NCBI GenBank assembly: GCA_052168235.1
Contig: JBQLZK010000013.1
Span: 32,001-96,000, forward strand
Direction: 5' to 3'
From: Thainema sp.
GTDB taxonomy: Bacteria > Cyanobacteriota > Cyanobacteriia > Phormidesmidales > Phormidesmidaceae
DNA: 64,000 nucleotides
Below the pieces are notes generated by a model that was not told where the DNA came from, made no database searches, and saw only the letters and a program-made list of their open reading frames with translations. Below are positions 27,046 through 36,820 of this stretch, piece by piece. Each line of letters begins with the position of its first letter. The stretch's first letter is position 1. Position numbers and translations under genes: made by a program.

Positions 27046-29484
27046 ATGCCAACCATGCTCGGCCAAATTCTTCAACCGATTCCGCTGCAGTTTGAGCCAG
27101 ATCAACCGATCACAGATATCGTTGCAGCAATGACTGAGCAGGCTGCCAGTTTGGCCGTGGTTCTAGACCAGCAAGCATTGGTGGGTATTGTCACTCCCTC
27201 GAATGTGCTGCAGGCAATCGCTCAGGGATCTGCGATCGCACCAATCACAGTGGCTGAGATCATGACCGCTCCCGTCCCGACGATAACGCTCCAAACCTCA
27301 TTATTAGAAGCAGACCAGGTTTTGCGCCAGCATCAGCTACACCACCTTGTCGTGACGGATGCAGCGGGACGCGTGGTCGGTATGGTCACGGAAGCCGACA
27401 TTCTACGGACGTTACTCACTCAGCAGCAATTTACAAAGCGGCTCACCCGGAGCAAAATTGAACACAATCTGTTTTGCCAAATTTGCAGTCAGGTCAATAT
27501 TGGAATTGCAGTTGTCGGACTGGACTGGAAGCTGCGCCATACCAACACCTATCTACAAAATCTATTAGGCTACAGCGCCGCAGAATTGAGCCAACTCGAC
27601 TACATCGACATTATTCATCCAGCGGATCGCCCCGATCCACAGTTGTCCCCCATCGACTGCATCACGACGCTTCATCATCAGGTGAGCTTTGAAAAGCGCT
27701 ACCTACATAAAGATGGTCAGGAAATTTGGGCACAGCTGACGATAGCGCCTATTCGAGACCAGCAGGGCCAGTGCTCAGCCCTAGTCGCTGTGATTGAAGA
27801 TATCCGGCAGCGAAAGGCCGCTGAAGCCAGAGTCCAATTTCAGTCCTACTTGCTGGAAGCCGTGGATGATGCGGTGGTTGCCACCGATCCAGCTGGGCAG
27901 ATCACCTACTGGAACCAAGGTGCGCAAAAGCTCTACGGCTGGTCGTTAGAGCAAGTGAAAGGTCGCTGGATTGTGGACGTGCTCTGCCATGATGCGGAGC
28001 AAATTGAGGCTCTTAAGCTGCTCGACTGTTTAAAGCAGGGAGAATCCTGGCGTGGGGAATTTGACGTCCAACATCAAGACGGTACGATTTTGCCCGTGCT
28101 GTCTACCAATTCTCCGATTTATAACGAGCAGAAAGAGCTGATCGGTATCGTCGGTGTGGCTAAGGACTTGCGCGATCGCAAACAGATCGAACTCGATTTG
28201 CAGCAGGCCAAAATCAGTGCCGAAGAAGCGAATCAGGCCAAAAGCCAATTTCTCTCCAGCATGAGCCATGAACTGCGCACTCCGCTCAACTCGATTCTGG
28301 GATTTGCCCAAGTGCTCAGTTGGGATGCCACGCTTGCGTCCAAACAGGCGAAATACATCAACATCATCAGCCAAAGTGGGCAACACTTGCTACAGCTGAT
28401 CAACAGCGTGCTTGAGATGTCGCGGATTGAAGCCGGACGATTAACAGTTGAAAACACCAAAGTTGACCTTGGGCAAATGATCACAACGCTCCAAGATCTA
28501 TTTCAGCTCAAAGCCAAGCGCAAGCACCTAGACTTTCGTATTGAAACTATCGAGCCCGTTCCTCAATCGATTACAACCGATGAAGGAAAACTCCGCCAAA
28601 TTTTAATTAATTTGCTCGGCAACGCCTTCAAATTTACTCAGCAGGGGCAGGTCACGCTCCGTCTATTTTCGAATGCAGCCTGTAATTCAGCCGATCGAGA
28701 CTCCATTGCTCAGGCTCCAGCAGCGACTGGAAACCAGAGCCATTGGGTTTACTTTGAAGTGATGGATACTGGATTAGGGATTGCCCAAGCTGAACTTGAC
28801 CAGCTATTTCAGACGTTTTCGCAAACCACCACTGGCAAACAGGCCCATGAAGGTGCGGGTCTTGGCTTAGCGATCAGCCAGTCCTACGCCAAGTTGATGG
28901 GTGGCATCATTACCGTTAAAAGCCAGGTGAATATAGGCAGCCAGTTTACGCTCTCGCTTCCGGTTGTTCCAAACCCAACACCTGATTCTGCAACCGTTTC
29001 AGCGCCATCTTTACCCACAGTTGATCCCTCCCCTGCCCCCGCGCCAACGCCTATTTCGCCACTCTTCAACCCATCCCATCAATTATGCGATCGCATTCTG
29101 ATTGTTGAGGATCAGCTGGAAAACCGTTTGGTTCTCACCCAGCTACTAGAGCCCCTAAACTGCCAGATTGAGCAGGCTACAAATGGACAAGAAGCGATTG
29201 ACCTCGTGCAAAAATGGCAGCCAGATCTCGTGTTAATGGATATTCAACTGCCAATTATGGACGGCTATGAGGCAACACGGCGGATTAAATCGATGCCCCA
29301 AGGCCAAAATATTCCGATTATTGCTGTCACCAGCCACGCATTTAAGTTCGAGCATCAAAAAATACTAGCAGCCGGATGTGATGGCTGCATCACAAAGCCA
29401 GTTGAGGCTAATGTTTTGTTTGAAACGATTGCCAAATATCTCAAGCCACGCCAGCAAACTGATCAATCTGCGTCATGGCTTTAA
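27046..29484 (+). CDS. CBS-PAS-PAS hybrid histidine kinase with C-terminal receiver
   Basis: CBS pair (LVGIVT, VVGMVTEAD), two PAS/PAC units, SMSHELRTPLN, NLLGNAFKFT, GAGLGLAIS, VLMDIQLP. Confidence 0.93.
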   Translation: MPTMLGQILQPIPLQFEPDQPITDIVAAMTEQAASLAVVLDQQALVGIVTPSNVLQAIAQGSAIAPITVAEIMTAPVPTITLQTSLLEADQVLRQHQLHHLVVTDAAGRVVGMVTEADILRTLLTQQQFTKRLTRSKIEHNLFCQICSQVNIGIAVVGLDWKLRHTNTYLQNLLGYSAAELSQLDYIDIIHPADRPDPQLSPIDCITTLHHQVSFEKRYLHKDGQEIWAQLTIAPIRDQQGQCSALVAVIEDIRQRKAAEARVQFQSYLLEAVDDAVVATDPAGQITYWNQGAQKLYGWSLEQVKGRWIVDVLCHDAEQIEALKLLDCLKQGESWRGEFDVQHQDGTILPVLSTNSPIYNEQKELIGIVGVAKDLRDRKQIELDLQQAKISAEEANQAKSQFLSSMSHELRTPLNSILGFAQVLSWDATLASKQAKYINIISQSGQHLLQLINSVLEMSRIEAGRLTVENTKVDLGQMITTLQDLFQLKAKRKHLDFRIETIEPVPQSITTDEGKLRQILINLLGNAFKFTQQGQVTLRLFSNAACNSADRDSIAQAPAATGNQSHWVYFEVMDTGLGIAQAELDQLFQTFSQTTTGKQAHEGAGLGLAISQSYAKLMGGIITVKSQVNIGSQFTLSLPVVPNPTPDSATVSAPSLPTVDPSPAPAPTPISPLFNPSHQLCDRILIVEDQLENRLVLTQLLEPLNCQIEQATNGQEAIDLVQKWQPDLVLMDIQLPIMDGYEATRRIKSMPQGQNIPIIAVTSHAFKFEHQKILAAGCDGCITKPVEANVLFETIAKYLKPRQQTDQSASWL

Positions 29485-29594
29485 ACTCCGCCAGAGCGGC
29501 TTAAATTAAACCCAGAAATCCGCCATATTTCGGTTCTTTTCTTGACAGTCTATGGTGAGCTAATTGCTAATTAATCTAGCGATTATTTTCTGAT

Positions 29595-30800
29595 CTAGGT
29601 TTCAATTGAAGTTTCAACTTTGGCCGTATCAAATGTAGTAGCGTCTATGTCCAGCACCTGAAAAATTTGAATTGGCTGTTGCTTACCGCGCGGCACGATT
29701 TGATCCAGGTAGAGCAGTTGAAATGGATGGTGAGCAGGAAGAGCCGCCACCGTTTTTTCGCTAACAATGATGGGAACGCCGTAGGTTTTTGTTAATTCCT
29801 CCAGACGGGACGCCGTATTGACGACATCGCCAATCACTGTCGTATCCATGCGCTGACTGGCTCCCAGCGTACCAATCACCCCTTCACCTGTATGCAATCC
29901 AATGCCGATCCGAATCGGTTGTTCTAACCCAAACTGGTGACGGCTTTGGTTGAACTGAGCCAGAGCATTTTGAGTTGCGATCGCAGCCTGCAATCCATCC
30001 ATTGGGTGCGTCTCTGACTGATCAAAGACCGCCATCACCGCATCGCCCAAATACTTATCGATAAAGCCGTTGTGCTGCGTAATCGACTCATTAATAGCCG
30101 TAAACAGCGCATTCAGCCAATTGAATGTGGTTTGCGCCTGCTGAGATTCGACAATCGATGTAAAGCCGCGAATATCACAGAATAGAACAGTTAATTCAGC
30201 TGCGATCGCATTGCCTAGCTGAATGGATTCAACCCCCTTGGGCGCAATCCGGCGCAGAAACTGGTCGGGGACAAACAGCCGAAATTTTTCAGACAGAGTC
30301 TCATGAATCTGCCAGGCCGCCATCATCTGCTGTTTAGCCTGTTCGCGTGCTTCTTGCTTCAGGCGAATTTCTTGCTGCATTAACTGACTCTGCTGAGATG
30401 CCTGACGTAATTTGGTGAGTCGCAGAACGCTGTTAATTTTGGTCAGGACTAGATCCATCTGAACCGGTTTGGTCAGATAGTCATCGCCCATGACCTCCAG
30501 CCCCTTAAGGCGAGACTGATCGTCATCTAATGCAGTTAGGAAAATAATCGGAATCGTCTGCGTGATGGCACCTCGACGCAACTGCTCACAAACCTCGAAT
30601 CCGTCCATCTCTGGCATCATCACATCGAGCAGAATCAGTTCCGGTAGAGACTGCTGCACTCGATGCAGTGCTTCTGCCCCCGACTGAACCGAGCAGGTCG
30701 TATACCCTTCCATCGCTAATAGATCTTCTAAAAGCAAAAGATTTTGTGGTTCATCGTCTACTAGCAAAATATAAGAATCGGTCGTCATAGCTAAGACCAC
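29595..30800 (-). CDS. Receiver domain-class III adenylate cyclase
   Basis: ILLVDD...LLDVMMP; FCDIRGFT, DKYLGD, GIGLHTG, TTVIGDVVNTASRLE. Confidence 0.92.
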   Translation of the reverse strand: MVLAMTTDSYILLVDDEPQNLLLLEDLLAMEGYTTCSVQSGAEALHRVQQSLPELILLDVMMPEMDGFEVCEQLRRGAITQTIPIIFLTALDDDQSRLKGLEVMGDDYLTKPVQMDLVLTKINSVLRLTKLRQASQQSQLMQQEIRLKQEAREQAKQQMMAAWQIHETLSEKFRLFVPDQFLRRIAPKGVESIQLGNAIAAELTVLFCDIRGFTSIVESQQAQTTFNWLNALFTAINESITQHNGFIDKYLGDAVMAVFDQSETHPMDGLQAAIATQNALAQFNQSRHQFGLEQPIRIGIGLHTGEGVIGTLGASQRMDTTVIGDVVNTASRLEELTKTYGVPIIVSEKTVAALPAHHPFQLLYLDQIVPRGKQQPIQIFQVLDIDATTFDTAKVETSIET

Positions 30801-31159
30801 GCTTAAAGGTTATGGTCGGGAATAAACCACAAGTAAACTGTTAACTAAATTGAATATTTTATTTGTCAACACAAACAATATTAGTTTCAGAAAAAAGCAC
30901 ATCGTACGCTTTGGTCTAAAACAATCTTGTTCCGACAAAGCTGAATGCTTTACAAAAGCGTTCAATCAAATCAGGCATCACAAAAACTAAAGTATTGAAA
31001 GACTTCAAGCTCTTGCAGCTTAGTATTCCCAAATGCTGACACAGTAGACGCAACCACTGAATGTAAAACTAGACAGTTCGTGAAAACAGTCAGGATTGAA
31101 GGCAATCAAGGTTGAAAACCATCAGGACACTAAGTAGGTTTGGCATAAATAAACGCATA

Positions 31160-31207
31160 TAAAAAACTGGGAGAGCTCCTCGGAGGGATGCTCCCCCGAT
31201 TTTTTAG
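31160..31207. terminator. Imperfect hairpin flanked by A/T runs downstream of the hybrid kinase
   Basis: aaaaaactgggagagc...gctcccccgatttttt. Confidence 0.5.
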
Positions 31208-31267
31208 TTATGCATTTATTCATATGCAGCTACTTATCTATGTCTTCACTCTTATCCTCAATTACTA

Positions 31268-33580
31268 TCATCCAACATCATCCGATGCAGCCCCCTCTGA
31301 TTCAGGTTGACTTGATAGCTCATCTCCAGGATTTGCAGGAGCTGAAATATCATCGGTTTGAATCAAAGCTCGTACTTTGTTTAGCAAGCCCTTTAGGTCA
31401 AGCGGCTTGCTCACGTAATCATTCGCCCCTGCTTCTAAACAGCGATCGCGATCTCCCGCCATTGCCATCGCCGTTACTGCAATTACAGGAACAGAATGCC
31501 AAATTTGACTATGCCGCAGTCGGCGAATTAAATCAAAGCCATCCACGCCCGGTAGTTGAATATCCATCAGCACCAAATCGGGCAAACTACGTGGCGTCAC
31601 CAACTTAGACTGTAGGGTTTGCAGCATAATCTGCCCATCATCAATCAGTTCGACCAGATAGCCTTCCATCTCTAAAAACTCGGAAATCAGCGTTTGATTG
31701 AACGGCTGGTCTTCCACAATCAAAATGCGCTGCTGAGACGTTTCTTGGTAGTCCTGGGTTAGAAAGCTAGCTGAGAGATCTAGAGCATTAGCAGGATCAG
31801 GCTCGGAACTATGATTGAGTGGTCGCAGCTGCGCCCGAATTTCGTGCAGTGGAATCCAAATACAAAAACGGCTGCCTTTCCCCTCCGTAGAACTAAAGGA
31901 TACGGTGCCGCCGTGCAGCTCAGCTAATCGTTTAGTCAGCGCAAGTCCCAAACCTGTTCCATCATGGCGACGGGTTAATGAAGCATCAATCTGTTGAAAG
32001 GGCTGAAATAGAAGCGATTGTTTTTCTTGGGGAATACCAATACCGTTGTCCTGCACTTCAATACAGAGATAGGGGGTGCTATGGTTAATCGGGCTGTCGT
32101 CAGGTCGCTGCTCTAGCATGAGCTGGGTGCCGTAGGACAGATTGGCCGTTAGTTTGATTTGCCCTCGCTCTGGCGTAAACTTCACCGCATTGGACAAGAG
32201 GTTAACAATCATCTGCCTGACTCGGCGCTTATCCAGAGGCACCTGATCCAGCCGATAGTCCAGTTCTAACGCTAAGGCAATCCGCTTCCGCTCTGTCCGA
32301 GGACGGATCATGTCTAAACATTGACGACACAGATCTGGAATCGAAACGGTTTCCAAATCCAGATCAACTTTCCCCGCTTCGATTTTGGACAGATCAAGAA
32401 TGTCGTTGATGAGCTGGAGCAAATGCTCCCCACTTTGACGAATTGCGCCAATGTGCTTTGTTTTTCGATCGTCTAGTGTGTCCGGCTGCCGCAGCAACAG
32501 TTCAGAAAAGCCCAGGATACTGTTCAGCGGAGTGCGCAACTCATGGGACATGGAAGCCAAAAATTCGGACTTCAGGCGCGAGGCTCGCTCCAAGTCTTGA
32601 TTAATTTGCTTCAGCCGATGTTGAGATTGTGCCCGCTCAATGGCTGCACCCAAGGTGCGGCAAGCGGCTAACAGCATGTCCTGCTGTGGTGCTTCTTGCA
32701 GCTTTTGTACGGTGCGAGATTCTAGGGTGAGAACGCCAATAATCGTACCGTCAGCCGAGGGAATGGGAAAAATGCCAAGCTGACCAATGGCCGGATGGCG
32801 AAAGGCGGGGACAGCTTTGGGATGATTGGCATAATCTTCGACAAATGCGGGTTTACCCGTTGCCACCACGTCCCACAGTAATCCTTGACCGTAGGGAATA
32901 CCCTGGTTGAGCGTCTCCTGCATCGTGGCAACAGCGGGTTCGCCGTGGGTGGCGATAAACTGGCCAGATACCACATTGGTCAACGGCCCGGCCCAGCGCT
33001 CTCGGCCATCACCTTGGATGACTTTCACATCACCAAAGGAAGCTCCCATTGCCTGAACCAGGTAGTTCAACGAGAACTGACCGACTTCAATCAGGTTGTT
33101 TGAAGTCTGTAGGCGTTCAGTTAGACCTAACAGAAACGTAAGCCGACGAACTTCAGCACTCAGTTTGTTTTGTACCTGTTGCTGTTGGGTCAGATCGCGG
33201 AAGTTAAACAACCATCCACCATCAGAGGTACGCGTGGCGTGAACTTCTAAACAGGTTCCATCGGTCTGAGAGACAAAATAGGCTCCACTGCCTGTACTGC
33301 GATCGCTAACAAACGTACTAAAAAATTCCGCTCGCTGTTCAGTCGTCCAATGGCCCTGCTGGACAACCCAATCGATTATTTCCTCGAGGGTCGGCTTTTG
33401 GGCTAGCCACTCGCCGGGTAACTGCCAGATCTGTACCAAACTTTGATTAAACAGAATTAAATGCCAATCTGCGTCAAAAAGCGCGATCGCATCGTCAACC
33501 TGATCCAGGATGAGCGATCGCTCGGCTTCTAGTTGCTGTAGGCGAGCTTCGATCTGATCGGCAGAATTCATAGAGATCAA
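31268..33580 (-). CDS. PAS-GAF hybrid histidine kinase with C-terminal receiver
   Basis: N-terminal PAS fold, GAF (GQGLLWDV...IIGVLTLE), ASMSHELRTPLN, NLLSNAVKFT, GTGLGLAL, VLMDIQLP. Confidence 0.93.
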   Translation of the reverse strand: MISMNSADQIEARLQQLEAERSLILDQVDDAIALFDADWHLILFNQSLVQIWQLPGEWLAQKPTLEEIIDWVVQQGHWTTEQRAEFFSTFVSDRSTGSGAYFVSQTDGTCLEVHATRTSDGGWLFNFRDLTQQQQVQNKLSAEVRRLTFLLGLTERLQTSNNLIEVGQFSLNYLVQAMGASFGDVKVIQGDGRERWAGPLTNVVSGQFIATHGEPAVATMQETLNQGIPYGQGLLWDVVATGKPAFVEDYANHPKAVPAFRHPAIGQLGIFPIPSADGTIIGVLTLESRTVQKLQEAPQQDMLLAACRTLGAAIERAQSQHRLKQINQDLERASRLKSEFLASMSHELRTPLNSILGFSELLLRQPDTLDDRKTKHIGAIRQSGEHLLQLINDILDLSKIEAGKVDLDLETVSIPDLCRQCLDMIRPRTERKRIALALELDYRLDQVPLDKRRVRQMIVNLLSNAVKFTPERGQIKLTANLSYGTQLMLEQRPDDSPINHSTPYLCIEVQDNGIGIPQEKQSLLFQPFQQIDASLTRRHDGTGLGLALTKRLAELHGGTVSFSSTEGKGSRFCIWIPLHEIRAQLRPLNHSSEPDPANALDLSASFLTQDYQETSQQRILIVEDQPFNQTLISEFLEMEGYLVELIDDGQIMLQTLQSKLVTPRSLPDLVLMDIQLPGVDGFDLIRRLRHSQIWHSVPVIAVTAMAMAGDRDRCLEAGANDYVSKPLDLKGLLNKVRALIQTDDISAPANPGDELSSQPESEGAASDDVG

Positions 33581-33673
33581 CTATTGATGGAGCAACGGCT
33601 GGCAAGCAAAGACAGGCAACACAGACCCTGACGATCAGTATTAACGATAAATAACGATCAGTAAAAGATCAGT

Positions 33674-33761
33674 AGACTTTATCGGAAATTGCTTTGTAGC
33701 GCGGCGACGCCGCGCTACAAAGCAATTTCCAACCCCAAAAACTTTATTTCCAATAAAGTCT
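33674..33761. mobile_element. MITE family B copy 2 (88 bp, 3-bp TSD AGT)
   Basis: agt at 33671-33673 and 33762-33764; TIR agactttat...ataaagtct; core gtagcgcggc-gac-gccgcgctac. Confidence 0.85.
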
Positions 33762-33878
33762 AGTAAAACAATACGCAGATAAAGATGAGCAAACTGAGAA
33801 CCATCTTTACAGATATTAACACTTGCACTTGTGCTATTTTTAACGCCGCTGCTTCAGTGTAACTTCAGTATAAAATCG

Positions 33879-34847
33879 CTATTGGGACACGCGGCTGAGG
33901 GCGGCAACTTCGTCAGGAGCTAGCGACCAGCCCAATGCACCTGCATTTTGGCGAGCCTGATCCGCATTCTTCGCCCCTGGAATAGGAATAACGCTGCCCT
34001 GAGCAATCAACCAGTTGAGCGCCACCTGAGCCGGAGTGCGATCATATTTTGTGCCGTATTCCTGCAGAAGCTGGATCAGCGGGGCAATCTTTTGCAAGCC
34101 TTTCTCACTAAACTGAGGATTCAGCTTGCGGGCACCCGTTGGTTTCATGTTACTTTCGGGCGCATATTTTCCAGTCAGCAGTCCTTGCGCTAGGGGACTG
34201 TAGGCCAAAATCGTGATACCAAACTCTTTAGCCGCTGACAGAACGCCGTTGCGCTCGATGTTGCGGTGCAGGAGGGAATACTGCATCTGGTTAACCGCCA
34301 GAGGAATATCCCGCTGAGCCAAAATCCGGTGTGCCTGCCGCATTTGCGATTCCGAGTAGTTGCTGACGCCAATGGCGCGAATGCGGCCTTTCTGTACCCC
34401 ATCCGCCAACGCATTCATCAAAGTTTCCTGGCCCATGAAAAAATCAAAGGGCGAGTGAACCTGATATAAATCCACCTGCTCGACCTTCAAGCGCTTCAAG
34501 CTCTCGGTGAGCGCATCATAAACGGCCTGTGAATTAAACCGCCAGGGCAAGGGAAAGTACTTGGTGGCAATGTGTACAGGCTGGTCTACAGTTTGTGAAA
34601 ACTGCCCAATCAGCTTTTCGGATTGGCCGAAGCCGTAGACTTCCGCCGTGTCAAAAAAGCGAACTCCGGCTGCGATCGCAGATTGAAAAGCATCGCGCAC
34701 CTGCTCTTCGCCGTAGTCGTTGCCGTAGTTCCAAAACAGCGAATCGCCCCATGACCAAGTGCCAATTCCCAGAGGTGGAATCGAAGGGCCATTGTTGCCG
34801 AGCGTAATTGTGGATTGGGCGGGAGAAACTGGAGAATTCATAGTCAA
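33879..34847 (-). CDS. Aldo/keto reductase
   Basis: LGIGTWSWGD, FDTAEVYG, IATKY, IGVSNY, AYSPLAQG, IPIPGAK. Confidence 0.95.
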   Translation of the reverse strand: MTMNSPVSPAQSTITLGNNGPSIPPLGIGTWSWGDSLFWNYGNDYGEEQVRDAFQSAIAAGVRFFDTAEVYGFGQSEKLIGQFSQTVDQPVHIATKYFPLPWRFNSQAVYDALTESLKRLKVEQVDLYQVHSPFDFFMGQETLMNALADGVQKGRIRAIGVSNYSESQMRQAHRILAQRDIPLAVNQMQYSLLHRNIERNGVLSAAKEFGITILAYSPLAQGLLTGKYAPESNMKPTGARKLNPQFSEKGLQKIAPLIQLLQEYGTKYDRTPAQVALNWLIAQGSVIPIPGAKNADQARQNAGALGWSLAPDEVAALSRVSQ

Positions 34848-34933
34848 ATATAGTCAAATGCTGAATAAATTTTCATGTCTTGCACAGGGTCGATTGAGAA
34901 CGTGAAGTAATGATGTTGCCGCTGCGAGGCAGC

Positions 34934-35090
34934 GTACTTGCTCAGCGTGACACGCTGCATAGATCCCCCTATAGCCCTTCGGGCATGGCTTCGCCTAGAA
35001 AAAGGGGAAACTCTGAGCCAGAGTTGGAATAGCCCCTTTTTTAAGGGGGCGGCGACAGCGGGGGATCTTACACCTACGTTGAACGCGTAC
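34934..35090. mobile_element. MITE family C copy 2 (157 bp, 8-bp TSD GAGGCAGC)
   Basis: gaggcagc at 34926-34933 and 35091-35098; ends gtacttgctcagcg / cgttgaacgcgtac. Confidence 0.88.
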
Positions 35091-35259
35091 GAGGCAGCAG
35101 CAACATCGCTCTTCCGGTTTTTGGTGCAAGAGGTGAGTTTTTCCTTAGTTTAGCGTTATAAATCTTTATCAACTCCTGTCAAAAGTCTCACATTCACCTA
35201 AGAACGATTTATGGTGAAGAATGCAGATTTCTTACAGATAACGTTTGGCTGAGTAACCA

Positions 35260-36747
35260 ATGGCAAACAGCGAGTTTTCTGATTCTTTCTCACCGGATTC
35301 AGCAGCAGCGTCTAATCCACTGGTCGATTCCGTGGATGATCGTCACCAGCCGGAAGCTCAAGCCCCACCTCGACTGGGTCTATTGAACATGTTTCGGTTG
35401 GGGCTGTTTCAGATGGCCTTGGGCATCATGTCGATCTTGACGCTAGGGGTGTTGAACCGAGTGCTGATCGATGGTTTGGCTGTGCCCGCAATTGTGGCTG
35501 CAGGTGCGATCGCAATGCACCAGTTTGTGGCTCCGGCACGGGTCTGGTTTGGTCAGCTGTCGGATGCGAAACCAATTTTTGGGTTGCATCGCAGTGGCTA
35601 CGTGTGGCTGGGTGCGATTGTGTTTACGCTGGTGTCATTCCTGGCCGTGCAGGCCACCTGGCAGCTCGGCGGCACGATTCCCGATGGCTGGGGCTGGTCA
35701 GCTCCGACAATTGGCTGGACGGTATTCCTAGGTTTGTTATTTGGTCTGTATGGCTTAGCGCTCAGCTCTAGTTCCACGCCGTTTGCGGCACTGCTGGTGG
35801 ATGTCTCAGATGAGGACAACCGCTCGAAACTGGTGGGGATTGTCTGGTCGATGCTGATGGTCGGGATCATCGTTGGCGCGATTATCAGTGCGGGACTACT
35901 GCGACAGTTGGAAGCCGACGCTCCGTTGGATTTGCTCCAGGGATCGATTAACCGCCTGTTTATCATTGTGCCGCTGGCGGTGGTAGGACTGGCATTTCTG
36001 GCAACTCTTGGTTTAGAACGTCGCTACTCGCGGTTTGCCGTCCGCTCCACTGTGACTGATCGGGAAGACCAAATTACGCTGAAGCGGGCTCTGCGCGTTC
36101 TTACTGCTAGTCGGCAAACCGGGCTGTTCTTCACATTTCTGCTGGTCATGACTATTAGTCTGTTTATGCAGGAACCCGTGCTGGAACCCTACGGCGGCGA
36201 GGTGTTTGGCATGAGCTACTCCGATACCACGCAGCTCAACGCTTACTGGGGTTTGGGTACACTGGTGGGACTGAGCCTGACCGGATTCCTAATCGTGCCC
36301 CGAATTGGCAAACAGCGTACTACGAAGATTGGCTGCATTGGCGTTGCCGCTTGCTTTAGCCTGATTATCCTGTCTGGCTTTACCCAAACCCCCGAAATGC
36401 TGAAGTCGGCCCTGCTCCTGTTTGGCCTTGCCTCTGGTGTAACCACAACAGGCGCGATTAGCTTGATGCTGGACTTGACCGCCGCCGAAACCGCAGGTAC
36501 GTTCATCGGCGCTTGGGGATTGTCTCAAGCCATGGCGCGTGCGATCGCAACCGTGACAGGTGGAGCAGTGTTGAGCCTGGGCAAGCTGATGTTCAGTAAC
36601 TTGGTCTTTGCCTACGGCAGCGTCTTCTTCTTGCAGGCCGTGGGCATGCTGATCGCCGTTTGGTTCCTCAGCCGCGTCAACGTGCAGGAGTTTCGCACCA
36701 ACTCCAGACGTGCGATCGCAGCCGTTCTGGAAAGCGATCTCGATTAG
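35260..36747 (+). CDS. pucC: PucC/BCD family MFS transporter
   Basis: MFRLGLFQMALGIMSILTLGVLNRV, RVWFGQLSD, LMLDLTAAETAGTFIGAWGL. Confidence 0.9.
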   Translation: MANSEFSDSFSPDSAAASNPLVDSVDDRHQPEAQAPPRLGLLNMFRLGLFQMALGIMSILTLGVLNRVLIDGLAVPAIVAAGAIAMHQFVAPARVWFGQLSDAKPIFGLHRSGYVWLGAIVFTLVSFLAVQATWQLGGTIPDGWGWSAPTIGWTVFLGLLFGLYGLALSSSSTPFAALLVDVSDEDNRSKLVGIVWSMLMVGIIVGAIISAGLLRQLEADAPLDLLQGSINRLFIIVPLAVVGLAFLATLGLERRYSRFAVRSTVTDREDQITLKRALRVLTASRQTGLFFTFLLVMTISLFMQEPVLEPYGGEVFGMSYSDTTQLNAYWGLGTLVGLSLTGFLIVPRIGKQRTTKIGCIGVAACFSLIILSGFTQTPEMLKSALLLFGLASGVTTTGAISLMLDLTAAETAGTFIGAWGLSQAMARAIATVTGGAVLSLGKLMFSNLVFAYGSVFFLQAVGMLIAVWFLSRVNVQEFRTNSRRAIAAVLESDLD

Positions 36748-36758
36748 TTTGTCTTAAA

Positions 36759-36816
36759 TTACCAATAAACCGCAAAGAACGCCTCGTCCGAGGCGTTCTT
36801 TGCGGTTTATTGGTAA
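36759..36816. terminator. Perfect palindrome with 28-bp arms between convergent genes
   Basis: ttaccaataaaccgcaaagaacgcctcg-tc-cgaggcgttctttgcggtttattggtaa. Confidence 0.75.
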
Positions 36817-36820
36817 CAGG

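Noticed and set aside
31210..31608. 132-aa plus-strand ORF, and the many other short ORFs overlapping long genes
   Set aside because: Antisense or alternate-frame shadows of well-supported CDSs, with no recognisable motifs
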